Below are positions 37,384 to 49,346 of a stretch of DNA of 54,244 nt, piece after piece (position 1 is the first letter of the stretch; each line of letters begins with the position of its first letter). The notes below the pieces were generated by a model, which was given only the letters and a program-made list of their open reading frames with translations, was not told where the DNA came from and did no database searches. The position numbers were made by a program, and so were the translations under genes. The stretch comes from Chiloscyllium plagiosum (lineage: Eukaryota), in assembly GCF_004010195.1 (NCBI RefSeq), contig NC_057719.1:13954511-14008754 (forward strand). Direction: 5' to 3'.

Positions 37384-38489
37384 TGATGTAGACTCTCTCT
37401 CTTCCCTTCGACCAGCAGTGGAGGTCACGACACCAGACCTTATTCTTCCTAACTACCCTACCTGAACCCCTCATAATTTTATACCTCTTACTTGAACTTC
37501 CCCTCAGCCTCCTTTTTTCCAAAGAAAACCTCCCCAACTTTCTGCATTAGTAAAATTTGCAGACGCGCAGAGCCAGCAACATCCCAGTAGAGTCCCTCTG
37601 ACTAACATGTCTCCCCAGTGCACCCTCCCACCTTCCCAATCTCAGCCCCCAGCCCCATCCTCTTCCTGAACTGGCACCAGAAAAACCCTGGATTAATGAA
37701 ATTCTGAGGAAAGGTAATCAATCTGAAATATAAATTCTCTTTCTCTCTCTCTGTCTCTTAATTCAAAATGTGTTTCACTTTGGTATAGAGCTTTGGAAGG
37801 TTTGTTATATACAGTGTGATAAATGAACTGTGAGCAAACACATTAAAGACATCAGTTCCAAATTGACAAAGTATAAACATCATTTCACAAGTAGAAGTGA
37901 GTCAAACATTTGGTTTGGAACTGGACTGAGGATGACGGTGATAAATATGCTGAACCAACACCTGTAGACCATAACTTTTACCGATTGTGCTTAATTTCTC
38001 AATTTTTCCAAAATTGTGAAGTCAAGAAACAAACCTGCTCAGGCGCCTTGCTCTGTTAAAAGGCTGAAAACGTAGCATAACAAATTTAAACAAATATGGA
38101 AGATCTGAGTTGGACTTCCTCATCCAGACTTTTTTTTAAAAAGCTGTTGGTCAATTATTATTCCTAAGTAAGGGATGTCATATCCTAGAAATCTCACAGT
38201 GTTAATGTTGGAGACTGTCCTATGGATTTCAATGTGGCTGCAGCACTTTCTCTCCTAGAAGAGAAAACTGATAAATGAGACATATTGTTCCAATTTGTTT
38301 TGTATTACACAGAACAGTGCTCCAGTTTGACCTGTACTTTCACTTCCAAGTGTTACTGGTCCTTCGCTCTCTAGCAGTTCATGTTCCCTCAATACTGACC
38401 CACTGTCAGTGCAACACTCCCTCTGAATTTAATTTGGACTGTTAGCCTGGATTATGTGCCCAGTTGTCTGAAGTTTCAGGTAGGAGATT

Positions 38490-38670
38490 GTTTTACTGTA
38501 AAGTAGCCATAGTCTCACTGTCTCAGTAAAGAGTGACAGTTTAACCTGATGGTTACCACGCCTCAGGTGAGGGGAGAGGTTGAGCAGGAGAGTCCTTCAT
38601 GGTAACCACACTGTTGACATCACTTGGCATTGCAAACCTGCCATCCAGCCAACTGAGTTAACTGGCATCC
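38490..38670 (-). mobile_element. Third SINE family copy
   Basis: Reverse-complement similarity to 47920-48125. Confidence 0.6.
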
Positions 38671-39174
38671 TTGTTTAGAGATAATTAGGGTCATATGGAT
38701 GGTCTTAGTGGGAAGGTGAATTGCTGCAGCATCATGTACTTTTCATATTGCTGTTGTAGTCTGGACTCGTGGATAGCCAAGGTAGAGGCTCCACTTTCTT
38801 CTCCATGAAATGATTGGCAAAGAATCTCTCTTGCTTTTGTTACCTGCCATTGGTACATGTTGGAAGGATTTGCAGATTGATGCTAAAACTGCCTGGTCAC
38901 AGAATGAGCATACCTCCTTAGCTGGGATGGCAGCCAAACCCACAACCATAGGCTCAGAACCAACGCTGTTAACCACAATGCATTACAACACAAATATAGA
39001 TGTCCGACTGGCATTGTGGGATGGGACTGGTCACAGCCTGCACTGTGCACTGACTGACCTTCCCCACCAGCAAGATTGACGATGATGCCCCAGAAAACTA
39101 AGGGTTACACAATCTTTCTGGATATCAGAGTAAGAAAAATAGAATTAAATTTTGAAGGTGATTCAATTGCTCTT

Positions 39175-39503
39175 CATAGAATCCCTACAACGTAGAGATA
39201 GGCCATTCAGCCCATTTAGTACAGACCCACCCTCAAAAGTGCAGCCCACCCAGACTTACCCCATCCCTGTAACCCTGGATATCCCATGGCTAACCCATCT
39301 AGCCTGCACACCCCTGGATACTATGGGCAATATTGTATGGCCAATCCGTCTGACCTGCATATCTTTGGACTGTGGGAGGAAACGCACATAGACAAGGGGA
39401 GAATGTGCATACTCCACACAGGCAGTTGCCTAAGGCTGGAATTAAACCCAGGGCCCTAACACTGTAAGACAGCAGGGTTAACCACTGAGCCACTGTGCCA
39501 TCC
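39175..39503 (-). mobile_element. HE1-related SINE
   Basis: Head, V-domain and tail homology. Confidence 0.82.
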
Positions 39504-40791
39504 GCTCTTCAGAGTATCGCTACATTCTCAGTTGGAGCTGACCTTCAGCAGAAGCGAGGAAAAGTGAAAGCTTAATAAGTCCAATGCCAAGTTTAGTGGG
39601 AGTAGTTTGAGATCTAATCCTCGAACCAGTGTCTCACCTTTGCTCAGGCTTGAGTCAGCTAAAGAAGATGAAATGGTTCAGTAGTTCGATGAAGGCTTCA
39701 GGTAATCTGTGAGGAATGCAGCGTGGGTTAGCATGCTGTCTTTTCAGCTCTGCAAAATCTGGATGTGAACCCTATGAAGAAAGATGGATTAAAAATCATC
39801 TTTCTCTGCGCTTTGCAATATCCTTAACTGAAATGAGATCAGAAAGTGTCAGTATAATCTGCTGATAAGGAGCATTAAAATCATCAACTTCACTCAGAAA
39901 GGCCACAGGGATGCAGTTGGAGATAGTGTCCAGGTGCTGAAATTAAATTCCTTGGCCATGTTTATTATCTCTGTTTATTATATCTCGTAGATAAGATCCT
40001 GAATAGTCCTAACAGGGTAGAGCTGGAAGGAATGTTTCCCCTTTAAAGAGAATCAGGAACTAGTGGCCTCTGTTTAAATATCAGGGGCTCACCCACATAC
40101 AACAGAGATGAGATACAAGCTTTTGTCTCAGAAGGCCACGAGTATTTGCAATTCTTCTCCTGAAAATGTGAGGATATGGCCCACTGTATTGTGTGCCACT
40201 AATCACTGTGCTCAATGGGATTGGTTTCTGAAGACTGGAACTCAAATCTGGGCATCCTGGCCTCTGTGGGACAGTAGCAGTTGCATAGTATTCAATTTGC
40301 TTGGTATGTCTCCCACTCTATCAATACCATCAAACCCTTGATCAATGAAGAGTGAAGGAGGGTATGCCAAGGGCAGCACCAGGGCAGCACCAGGGATATT
40401 CCTAATAATAAGGTGTCAACCTGGTGAAGATATAAGACAGGACTACAGGATTACCTACATGCTAAACAATGGTAATGGTATGCTATAAATGAGTTAAAAA
40501 GATCTCACAACCAACATTTCCAATCTAAGCTCTATAGCCCTGTCACAACTAACAGCAAAGGAGGCTTCACTGGCCCTCAAAGATGCCCAGAGCATCAATG
40601 TAAAGGAGAGGGGGCTGAAGCATTTGCGCCCACCTTCAGCCAGAAGTGTCAAGCGGGTGATCTACCTTGGCCTCCGCCTGATTCAATTTACTCCATGTGA
40701 TGAGAAGGAACTGGAATTAGCAGAGGCGTTGAGTCCTGATTAAGTTCTGGCAGTAATACTGTGCTTTAGAGAAAGCAGAGTGGGAGAGTAC

Positions 40792-41104
40792 TTGCTGTGC
40801 TTTTCCAGCACCACTCTGATCTAAACTCTGGTTTCCAGCATCTGCAGTCCTCACTTTTGCCTAGTTGATTTTAACCTTACTGCGAATCCTCTTGCAAGGA
40901 TGCCTACCTTGAAGAAGTTCTCCTCCTCTCTCCACAAGAATCTCAGTGAGTCTCTCTCTCACTGCAACCCCCAGGTCATCTCCTCTGCCCTGAAGCTCGT
41001 CAATCATGTACTCTTTGCTACCTTCCTCCGCCCTCCTCTCTGACCTATCACCTCCATCCCCACCCTCATTCACCTATTGTACTCTTTGCTACCTTCCTCC
41101 ACCC
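40792..41104 (+). mobile_element. Penelope-like family A piece: pLTR end, probable ORF start, then rearranged pLTR
   Basis: pLTR end at ~40864 followed by ATG at 40900 (MPTLKKFSSSLHKNLSESLSHCNPQVISSALKL); 23-bp direct repeat 41007-41029 / 41078-41100. Confidence 0.65.
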
Positions 41105-41309
41105 TGAGGCAATGGTGAGCCCAGGCACATAAGTGTCTGTGATTGCAATGCGAATATGTTGATACTTGGTGCTGTCATTAAAAAGTCACTAAGTTCTTCA
41201 ATACGGTGTGTCCCACAACTCCCCCTTATGTCACAGGAGCTCACATAGGTTCCACAGTGTGATAATGGAAGATCATCAATATGTCATGTCACATCACATC
41301 ATCCTACAA

Positions 41310-41680
41310 ATACAAGTCAGTAGTGTGATGGAATATTCCTCCCTTGCTTGAATGAGTGCTGCTCTGTCAAGAAGATTGATACCATCTAGGACAAAGCAGC
41401 CCACTTGATTAACATCTCATCGACTACTTTCAACACTTACGACCTTGTCCACTGACACACAGTAGCAGCAACATGTGCCATCTACAAGATGCATTACAGG
41501 GACTCATTCGGGCTCCCTTACTAGGACCACATAGAAAGACATGGTTGGCAGATGCTTGCAAATACCTGCAAGTTCCCCTCCCAAACCACACACCATCTTG
41601 ACTTGAAATGTATCCTTCACTGTTGCTGGGTCAAAATTCTGAAACTTCCTCCCAGATAGTATTGTAGCTATACCTAGACC
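41310..41680 (+). mobile_element. Second LINE family 3' fragment
   Basis: Reverse-complement homology to 18780-19170. Confidence 0.6.
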
Positions 41681-41833
41681 AAAATGTTGGACTGAACCCC
41701 TAAGTGGGGTCACTCACTCTGAGGCAGCAAAGGCCATGTTGGAGTTCTGACATTGTTATAACAGCCGCACTCCCCATTTAAGGGGGAGGCAGGGCTGGTA
41801 GAATAGTAATGGTAGTCAAATAGTAATCCACAA

Positions 41834-42007
41834 TGTCAAAACGTGTGGCACTGGAAAAGCACAGCAGGTCAGGCAGCATCCCAGGAGTAGGAGAGTCGAT
41901 GTTTCAGGCATAAGCCCTTCATCAGGAATGCTGCTTGACCAGCTGTGCTTTTCCAGTGCCACACATTTCAATTCTGATCTCCAGCATCTGCAGTCCTCAC
42001 TTTCTCA
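41834..42007 (+). mobile_element. Penelope-like family A inverted insertion inside a second-family SINE (41795-42320)
   Basis: TSD TAG(T/C)AATCCACAA (41821-41833, 42008-42020). Confidence 0.82.
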
Positions 42008-43159
42008 TAGCAATCCACAACAGCAGCCAAATGATCTGGGTCAGGGGTTTGAATCCCACCATCTCAGATGATCCACTTAAAACCCAAAACTGGGAATACA
42101 ATGTCAACCAAGAAACTATTGTCGATTGTCATGAAAACCCATCTGGTTCACTGATGTCCTTTGGGGAAGGAAATCTGCCATCCTTTCCTCGCCTGGTCTA
42201 TTTGTGAGTCCAGACCAACAGCAACATGGTTGTCTCTTAGTTGCCCGTATGAAATGGTCTTGCAGGCAACAAATAGTGAACCTGCCAGCAATACCTACAT
42301 CCTATAAAAAATATTTTTTAAGAAAAAGCACCCACTCTCACAGGTCTCACTGAAGGATGCCAATTTCAATACTTAGCGAGAACTCGTTCGGGAAATGCTG
42401 ACCCTCACTCCATGGACTGCAGTGACTTGTCACCTCCTTCTCAAGGGCATTGTGGGATGGATGTTTAATGTCACAGTGCAGTTGATGCTGCTGAGAAAGG
42501 GGATGTAAATGCACCCCAGGGGATAAAGCCATTGCAATTGTGTTCTAGAGAAAATGTCATTAACCTGTCTTTAATGGGAACATAAGTCATCGTGTGAAAT
42601 GCCTATGTTAATGTTTTAATCGCTTCTTCCTAATTTTCTGCATTTCTCCAATCTGCCATCCTGAATTGAAATGACATTGAATCCCTTATGTTATTTCCTT
42701 TGTAGTTTAAATTTACTTTCAATCCACTTAATTTTCTGTTAATGATTCCTCTCAATGTTGAAAACCAGTTAACATAAGCCACCAGTTAAATAATTAAAGC
42801 TAAATATCTTCTGTTTCAAGTAATGAATGTCTCATTAAAGGGTGAATGTTTGTAGGATTCAGAGCCACGATTTGTCATGTCACTTGATTAATCATTCACC
42901 ACAAATTGATCTACCAATGACCAAGATTTAAGACCACAATTCTTTTATGTTCATCATTGTACCATCAATACTGTGGGAGGGATTCCAGCTACTCAAAATA
43001 ACCTTTCTGTCTTCTTGCGGTTGGTTGTGGGGGAATGAATGATTTAATAAATTAGTACAAATGCATTGCGTCTTCCCACAGAAACTTCATAAGGTGAATA
43101 AGTCAGCTGACCTCCTGAAAAATAAATGAAAGTGTACCAAAGCAGCTTTTATTCAGTGT

Positions 43160-43605
43160 AACAAAAACAGAAATTGCTGGAAAAGCTCAGCAGGTCTGAC
43201 AGCATCTTCAGAAATGTTTTCAATGTGAAACGTTCGCTCTGATTTCTCTCCACAGACCTGCTGAGCTTTTCCAGCAATTTCTGATTTTGTTTCTAATTTA
43301 CAGCATCCGCAATTGTATTGGTTTTTATTCTGTATTGTAAACTTGATAGCATCTACAGGCTGTTCAAGTAAAGTATGATTCCAGCTGTAACAACCACAGA
43401 GATTGCTGGAGAAATTCAGCAGTTCTGGCAGCAATTCCAGAAAAAAAAAGTCAATATTCTGGTATAACTCTTCTTTTGAACTTCAGAGTCATAGCAGACT
43501 CAAAATGTTACTTCTGTTTCTCTCTCTCCACAGATATTGCTCGCCTTTCTCCAGCATTTACATGTTTGTTTCAGATTCCCAGCATTCACAATATTTTGCC
43601 TTTGT
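43160..43605. mobile_element. Two adjacent degenerate family D-like Penelope hairpins
   Basis: Inverted CAGAAATTGCTGGAAAAGCTCAGCAGGTCTG / CAGACCTGCTGAGCTTTTCCAGCAATTTCTG; similar to 45590-45715. Confidence 0.6.
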
Positions 43606-43681
43606 CTAATATTCTGTCCACCACTGATTCCCACACGTTTACAGCAAGGTGCTGGAATACCAGTGAGGGGCATAATCTGAA

Positions 43682-43755
43682 GGCTCCATAGCTCAGTGGG
43701 TGAGAGCACTGGCCTTGTAAACCCGGGGTCGTGAGTTCAATCCTCACTGGGCTCT
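43682..43755 (+). tRNA. tRNA-Thr(TGT)-like, probably a pseudogene
   Basis: GGCTCCATAGCTCAG..CTTGTAA..GTGAG-TTCAATC-CTCAC; intact A/B boxes and T-arm, but C3:C70 and two anticodon-stem mismatches and no adjacent T4 terminator. Confidence 0.85.
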
Positions 43756-43849
43756 TACCCAGTTTAATGAAAAATAAAAGTCTCAAAGATGAGGGGAATG
43801 TTTTAAAACTCTGAAAGAAAACGACAACTCTCAGAGAAATGCATGACAG

Positions 43850-45592
43850 AAAAGTGGGAGTTTATTTCGGAAGCACTTGCTGATTGTCCCACTAAGGAAA
43901 GGTAAAGGACGGTAGGGTGAAAGAACCTTGCATGACAAGGGATGTGGAACATCTCATCAAGAGGAAGAAGGAAGCTTACTTAAGGTGGAGGAGGCAAGGA
44001 TCAGACAGGACTCTAGAGGATGACAAGATAGACAGGAAGGAATTGAAGAATGGACTTAGGAGAGCTACAAGGGTGCATGATAAAGCCTTGATGGGTAGGA
44101 CTAAGGGAAAACCCTAAGGTGTTCTACACTATGTGAGGAACAAGGGGATGGCCAGCATAAGGGTAGGACTGACCATGGATAGTGGAGGGAACTTGTGCCT
44201 GGAGTCGGAGGACATAGAGGAGGTCTTTAATGAATACTTTGCTTCAGTATTCACTGGCTTAGAGGGACTTTGACACTTCTGAGGACAGCATGATATACTT
44301 GTGCAGAGGGTCAGGCAGCATCCGAGGAACAGGAAAATCAACGCTTCGGGCAAAAGCACTTCATCAGGAATTGAAGTAGGGTGCCTGCAGGGTGGAGAGA
44401 TAAATGAGGTGGGGAGGGCTGGGGGAAGGTAGCAAAGAGTACAATGGGTGAATGGGGGTGGGGATGAAGGTGATAGGTCAGAGAGGAGGGTGGGGTGGAT
44501 CAGTGGAAAGGAAGATAGGCAGGTAGGACAGGTCATGAGGGCGGTACTGAGCTGGAAGATTGGAGCTGGGGTGAGGTGGGGAAAGGGGAAATGAGTAAAC
44601 TGGTGAAGTCCACATTGATGCCATGGGGTTGAAGTGTTCCGAGGCGGAAGATGAGGCATTCTTCCTCCAGGCGATGGGTGGTGAGGGAGCTGCGGTGAAG
44701 GAGGCCCAGGACCTGCATGTCCTCGGCAGAGTGGGAGGGGGAGTTGAAATGTTGGGCCACAGGGCGGTGGAGTTGATTGGTGCGGGTGTCCCGGAGATGT
44801 TCCCTAAAGCGCTCTGCTAGGAGGCGTCCAGTCTCCCCAATGTAGAGGAGACTATCTAGACTCTGGTTTCCAGCTTCTGCAGTCCCTACTTGATATGCTT
44901 GTACAGTTTGGTGTTAGGAAGGAGGATGAGCTGAAAGTTTTGAAAAACATAAGGAAAGGTAAAACCCCTGGACTAGGCAGATTATGCCCTCGGTTACTAC
45001 AGGAAGTGAGGGAAGAGATTGCGGCATGTTTGGTGATGATCTTTGTGTCCTCCCTGTCCATTGGAGTAGTGCCAAATGATTGGAGGGTGGCAAATACTAT
45101 TCACTTGTTCAAGAAAGAGAATAGGGATAATCCTGGGAAATACGGACCAGTCAGTGTTACGTTAGTGGTGGGCCAAAGTATTGGAAAAGATTCTAAGAGA
45201 CAGGATTTATGATTACTTTAAAAACCATAATTTGATTAAAGATAGTCAGCATGAGTTTGTGAGGGGGAGGTCATGCCTCACGAACCTTATTCAATTATTG
45301 AGGATGTGACAAAACATGTTGATGAAGGTAGAGCAGTGGATATGGTGTACATGGATTTTAGCAAGGTGTTTGATAAGGTTCCCCATGGTAGATTCTTTGA
45401 GAAAGAAAGGAGGCATGGGATACAGGGAAATCTGGCTCTCTGGATACAGAACTGGCTGGCCCACAGAAGACAGAGGTTGGTGGCAGATGAAAAGTACTCA
45501 GCCTGGAGCTCACCGAACATCAGTGATGTTTCGCAGGGATCGGTTCTGGGACCTCTGCGCTTTGTGATTTTTATAAATGACTTGGATGAGGA
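43850..45592 (+). mobile_element. CR1-type LINE internal fragment interrupted by a Penelope element
   Basis: ORFs 43917-44117, 44895-45212 and 45273-45617 (DFSKVFDKVPH, QGSVLGPL). Confidence 0.88.
44307..44890 (-). mobile_element. Penelope-like family A: inverted GIY-YIG C-terminus/pLTR plus short opposite-strand terminus (~44854-44890)
   Basis: AQHFNSPSHS..LIFRLGTLQPHGINVDF; TSD TGATAT(A/G)CTTGT(G/A)CAG (44291-44306, 44891-44906). Confidence 0.88.
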
Positions 45593-46856
45593 AGAGTCAC
45601 TGGACCTGAAACGTTAACTCAAATTTCTCTTCACAGATGCTGCCAAACCTGCTGAGCTTTTCCAGCAACCTCTGTTTTGTTTCTGTTTTACAGCATCCAC
45701 AGTTCTTTCGGTGTTTATTCACCACAAACGATAATGATTTGACCATTCATGTGAAGCCCCTACCTTACCTGTCGAATGGAAGCAGGTAGATAGGAGAAAA
45801 TTATGACCAGGTTTCTATACTTAACAAGACTATTTATTATAACTAAATACCAAACAGGGGCAGAACAAAACTATGATTTATTAAAAGGTAACTTTACTAG
45901 TTGAAATTCTAACCCCTTTAAAAATCAATAGGTACGTATATGGACAGTCCCAGACAAACAAAAATGTATTGGGTGGAGAATGAAAAACTGGGGAAACACA
46001 GTTCAATAGCACCAGTCCACAGAACTCATGAAATGTTACTTTCACTTCACAGGAATTCTGTTCTGCAAACCCTTTCTCCAGACTCTGTCACACAATTCAT
46101 TTGGGACACTGAATATGTCACTCCTTGTACCACCAATGCTGCTGTCTCCTTTCTCAGAGATGGTGGCGAGAGGGCGGCAAGAGATTTGTGATAGGTTGCT
46201 GCAGACCACATGGTACAGGGGGCATGCTCTTTCTTAAAGGTAAGCTGCCTCGCCGAGAAAACTGCTCAAAGGACTCACCCCCCAACGCAAATTCCTGCAA
46301 ACGGAATGTCAGGTCCACAGTGGAATCCAGACTGGTGGATGTGGCATAGGTGGGAAGGAGGAGAGGTATCATGTTCCTGCATGGGGTGAGGGGACGCTGA
46401 AAGGTCACATGCATAATGAAGTGGATAGAGGAAGCCTAGGAAAGCTAACTGCTTGTATCCACAAGGATTTACATCAGGAATGTTATCAATTACCTTTTTA
46501 CACCATAAGACCAAAAGATCATAAGATATAGGAGCATAGTTGGCCTTTGAGTCTGCTCTGCCACTTGATTGCAGCTGATGTGTTTCTCAACTCCATTCTC
46601 CCACCTTCTCCCCAGAACCCATGAGCCCTTTACTAATCAAGTTTCTCTGTTTTAATACACTCGATGACTTGGCCACTACAGCTTTCTGTGGCAATGAACT
46701 TTACAGATTCACCACCTTCTGGTTGAAGAAGTTCCTCCTCATCTCAGTTCTAAAGGGTCATCTCTACAATCTGAAGCTGTGCCCTCAGGTCTTAGTCTCT
46801 CCCATTAGTGGAAACATCTTCTCTACATCCATCTATCAAGGCCTCTCAGTATTCTG

Positions 46857-47087
46857 GGCTGAAAATGTGTTGCTGGAAAAGCGCAGCAGGTGAGGCAGCA
46901 TGCAGGGAACAGGAGAATCGACGTTTCGGGCATAAGCCCTTCTTCAGGAACTTTCCTCATTCCTGAAGAAGGGCTTATGCCCGAAACGTTGATTCTCCTG
47001 TTCCCTGGGTGCTGCCTGACCTGCTGCGCTTTTCCAGCAACACATTTTCAGTTCTGATCTCCAGCATCTGCAGACCTCACTTTCTCC
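46857..47087 (+). mobile_element. Penelope-like family A hairpin insertion
   Basis: 92-bp inverted arms 46859-46950 / 46960-47051; TSD CCTCTCAGTATTCTG (46842-46856, 47086-47100); both hammerhead cores intact. Confidence 0.9.
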
Positions 47088-47222
47088 TCTCAGTATTCTG
47101 TAAGTTTTGATCAGATCCAACCCTCATCCTAAAAACTCCATCGAGTACAGGTGCAGAATCCTCAACCAACACGTCCTTCCTTAGATACAGGGCTCAAAAC
47201 TGCTCACAAAATTCCAAATGTT

Positions 47223-47334
47223 GCTCTATTCCTGATGAAGGGCTTTTGCCCGAAACATCGATTTTCCTGCTCCTCTGATGCTGCCTGACCTACTGTGCTT
47301 TTCCAGCACCACGCTGATCTAAACTTTTGCCTAT
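47223..47334 (+). mobile_element. Penelope-like family A short copy beginning at the hammerhead
   Basis: CTGATGA at 47232; TSD ATTCCAAATGTT (47211-47222, 47335-47346). Confidence 0.82.
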
Positions 47335-47919
47335 ATTCCAAATGTTATTTGTACTCCAAATGTATTCCTAATGAGAGATCCTCCACAGACTGTTTCACCA
47401 TCACACTGACTGTGAGGAACATATAAGAAACAGGAAGGTGCAAGGGAGAGATCCTTTGGAATCTGGAGGGTATAGGAGTAGGAAACAAAGCCATTGCTGA
47501 TGAACCTCTGGCTATGAATGGCTATTCAAGAGTGGAACTTTGTGAGTGTAACCTCACTGAGCAATGAAGAGTTTTGAAGGGGTTTGGTGTGGTCAGGTGT
47601 GTCTGAGGCTGCAAGAAGTTTATGAATGATGAGGAAAGAGAGTTGATTTTGTCATTTTGACTAGATCACAGGCTCTTGGCTCAAGTGCAATCCTACTTAC
47701 TGGGTTGAGCATGGATCAAGTTTTGTGTAATGCCAATGCATCAAGAACTTGTTGGGGTTGTTGCGGGGGGGGGAGGTGGAGGAGTGGAATTTATAGGTTT
47801 GAGCAAGTGCTATATCTGAGGCATGGAAACCTTGAACATTAGCAATTAAGGTAGAGAGCTGGAAAGGATATTCAGTGACCAGTGCACCTACTATTCGGGA
47901 AATCAGTAGCACATAACAG

Positions 47920-48125
47920 GGGTCAGATTAGCTCGGTTGGTTGGATGAATGGTTTGTGATGCAGGGTAACACCAACAGCTTTGATTCCCACACTGGCTGA
48001 GGTCACCATAAAGGATTCTTCTTCCCAAACCTCTCCCCCGATCCGCGGTGCAGTGACGTTCAGGTCAAACCACCACCAGCCATCTCTGTAATGGGAGAGC
48101 AGCCCGATGGTGACTTTACCTTTTA
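47920..48125 (+). mobile_element. tRNA-derived SINE, third family
   Basis: TAGCTCGGTTGG A-box-like head; three copies in the window. Confidence 0.6.
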
Positions 48126-48993
48126 GCATGCTAACTCCTTGATTGGAAAGCAATGAGTGAAATGTAGCCGGCCTGCACTGAATATGTAAGATTGCTGATT
48201 AGTACTTCACATTGGCAACTATCTTCCTCCACACTCGTAGAACATAAGGGACAGGAGCAAAGAAAGACCACTTGGTGCTTTGAGCAACATAGCTGATCCT
48301 CGAGCTCAACTCCAATTTCCCATCTTATCCATTTGTCCAGTGACTCCCTTCCTGCCCAGATATCCATGAACCTCACTTTCGGAAATAATCAGCAACTGAG
48401 CATCCCTCGTCCTCTGGGATGTATGCAACTCTCAGAGGTAATCCTTGCTCATAGCCGTAGCACAGGGTTTGATGAAGTGGTGGGAATATAGCAGGAAGTC
48501 AACCTACGTTGGCCAACCCATTCCTTACAGAGCCATTAACTGGGTCATGAGCAATTTCCTCAGTCAAATTGGGTGTTGGAAATGGCAAAACAAAATCGCC
48601 AAATAGAAACATAGGTGTGGACAGCAGGTCATTTATGGGGTAACAGTTATATTGTGATTCTTATCCTGGATTTCAATTTATTGAGAATGACTTGACAATA
48701 ATAGGAAATTTTCTAAGCTGTCTCTAGTAATGAACCGTCTCCACTATGTTGCAAATTAATTAACTCCAATCAGGCTTTCATTCTGTATGCAAATCAGCCG
48801 AACTAAATTAAACATTTTCCACATTAATGAAAAGAAGGATTACCGATCTACGCAGCATGCTTTAATACACTTGTTTAAATGGGGTGACTGAGGGTCTAGG
48901 CCAGAAATCCAGAGCTGGTCAGAGATACGAGGTAAACGAAGTTCTGATTTTCTGTGTTTTGAGAAGTTTGTCTTGGATTCACTTATTGACTAA

Positions 48994-49009
48994 CAGCGCC
49001 ATCTAGCAG
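48994..49009 (-). promoter_or_regulatory. Candidate CTCF motif
   Basis: Minus strand CTGCTAGATGGCGCTG resembles the CTCF core; motif match only. Confidence 0.35.
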
Positions 49010-49148
49010 TATTTCAAAGGAATGGTTCACTTTGTTTACAAGACCAATTGCAAATACAAGACCAGTTCAATCTTAGTAAAACATTGCAAGGGTTTGTCAG
49101 AAAATGTTCCATTTTGTTCTGAATAACATGTCTTCACACACAAAGATA

Positions 49149-49346
49149 AAAATCACACAACACCAGGTTGTAGTCCAACAGGTTTAATTGGAAGTACACT
49201 AGCTTTCGGAGCGACGCTCCTTCATCAGGTGATAGTGCGTCGCTCCGAAAGCTAGTGTGCTTCCAATTAAACCTGTTGGACTATAACCTGGTGTTGTGTG
49301 ATTTTTAACTTTGTACACCCCAGTCCAACACCAGCATCTCCCGAAT
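49149..49346 (+). mobile_element. Penelope-like family B hairpin insertion
   Basis: 71-bp inverted arms 49147-49217 / 49237-49307; TSD CACACAAAGATA (49137-49148, 49347-49358). Confidence 0.88.
49197..49231 (-). ncRNA. Minimal type I hammerhead ribozyme motif, family B
   Basis: CAC-CTGATGA-A-GGAGC-GTC-GCTCC-GAAAG-CTA-GTG. Confidence 0.82.

Larger units (their letters stand above)
46504..47350 (-). mobile_element. Older CR1-type 3' end hosting two Penelope insertions
   Basis: Homologous to 31218-31700. Confidence 0.75.

Noticed and set aside
45750..46502. Possible solo LTR (TG...CA)
   Set aside because: No matching TSD and no second copy in the window.
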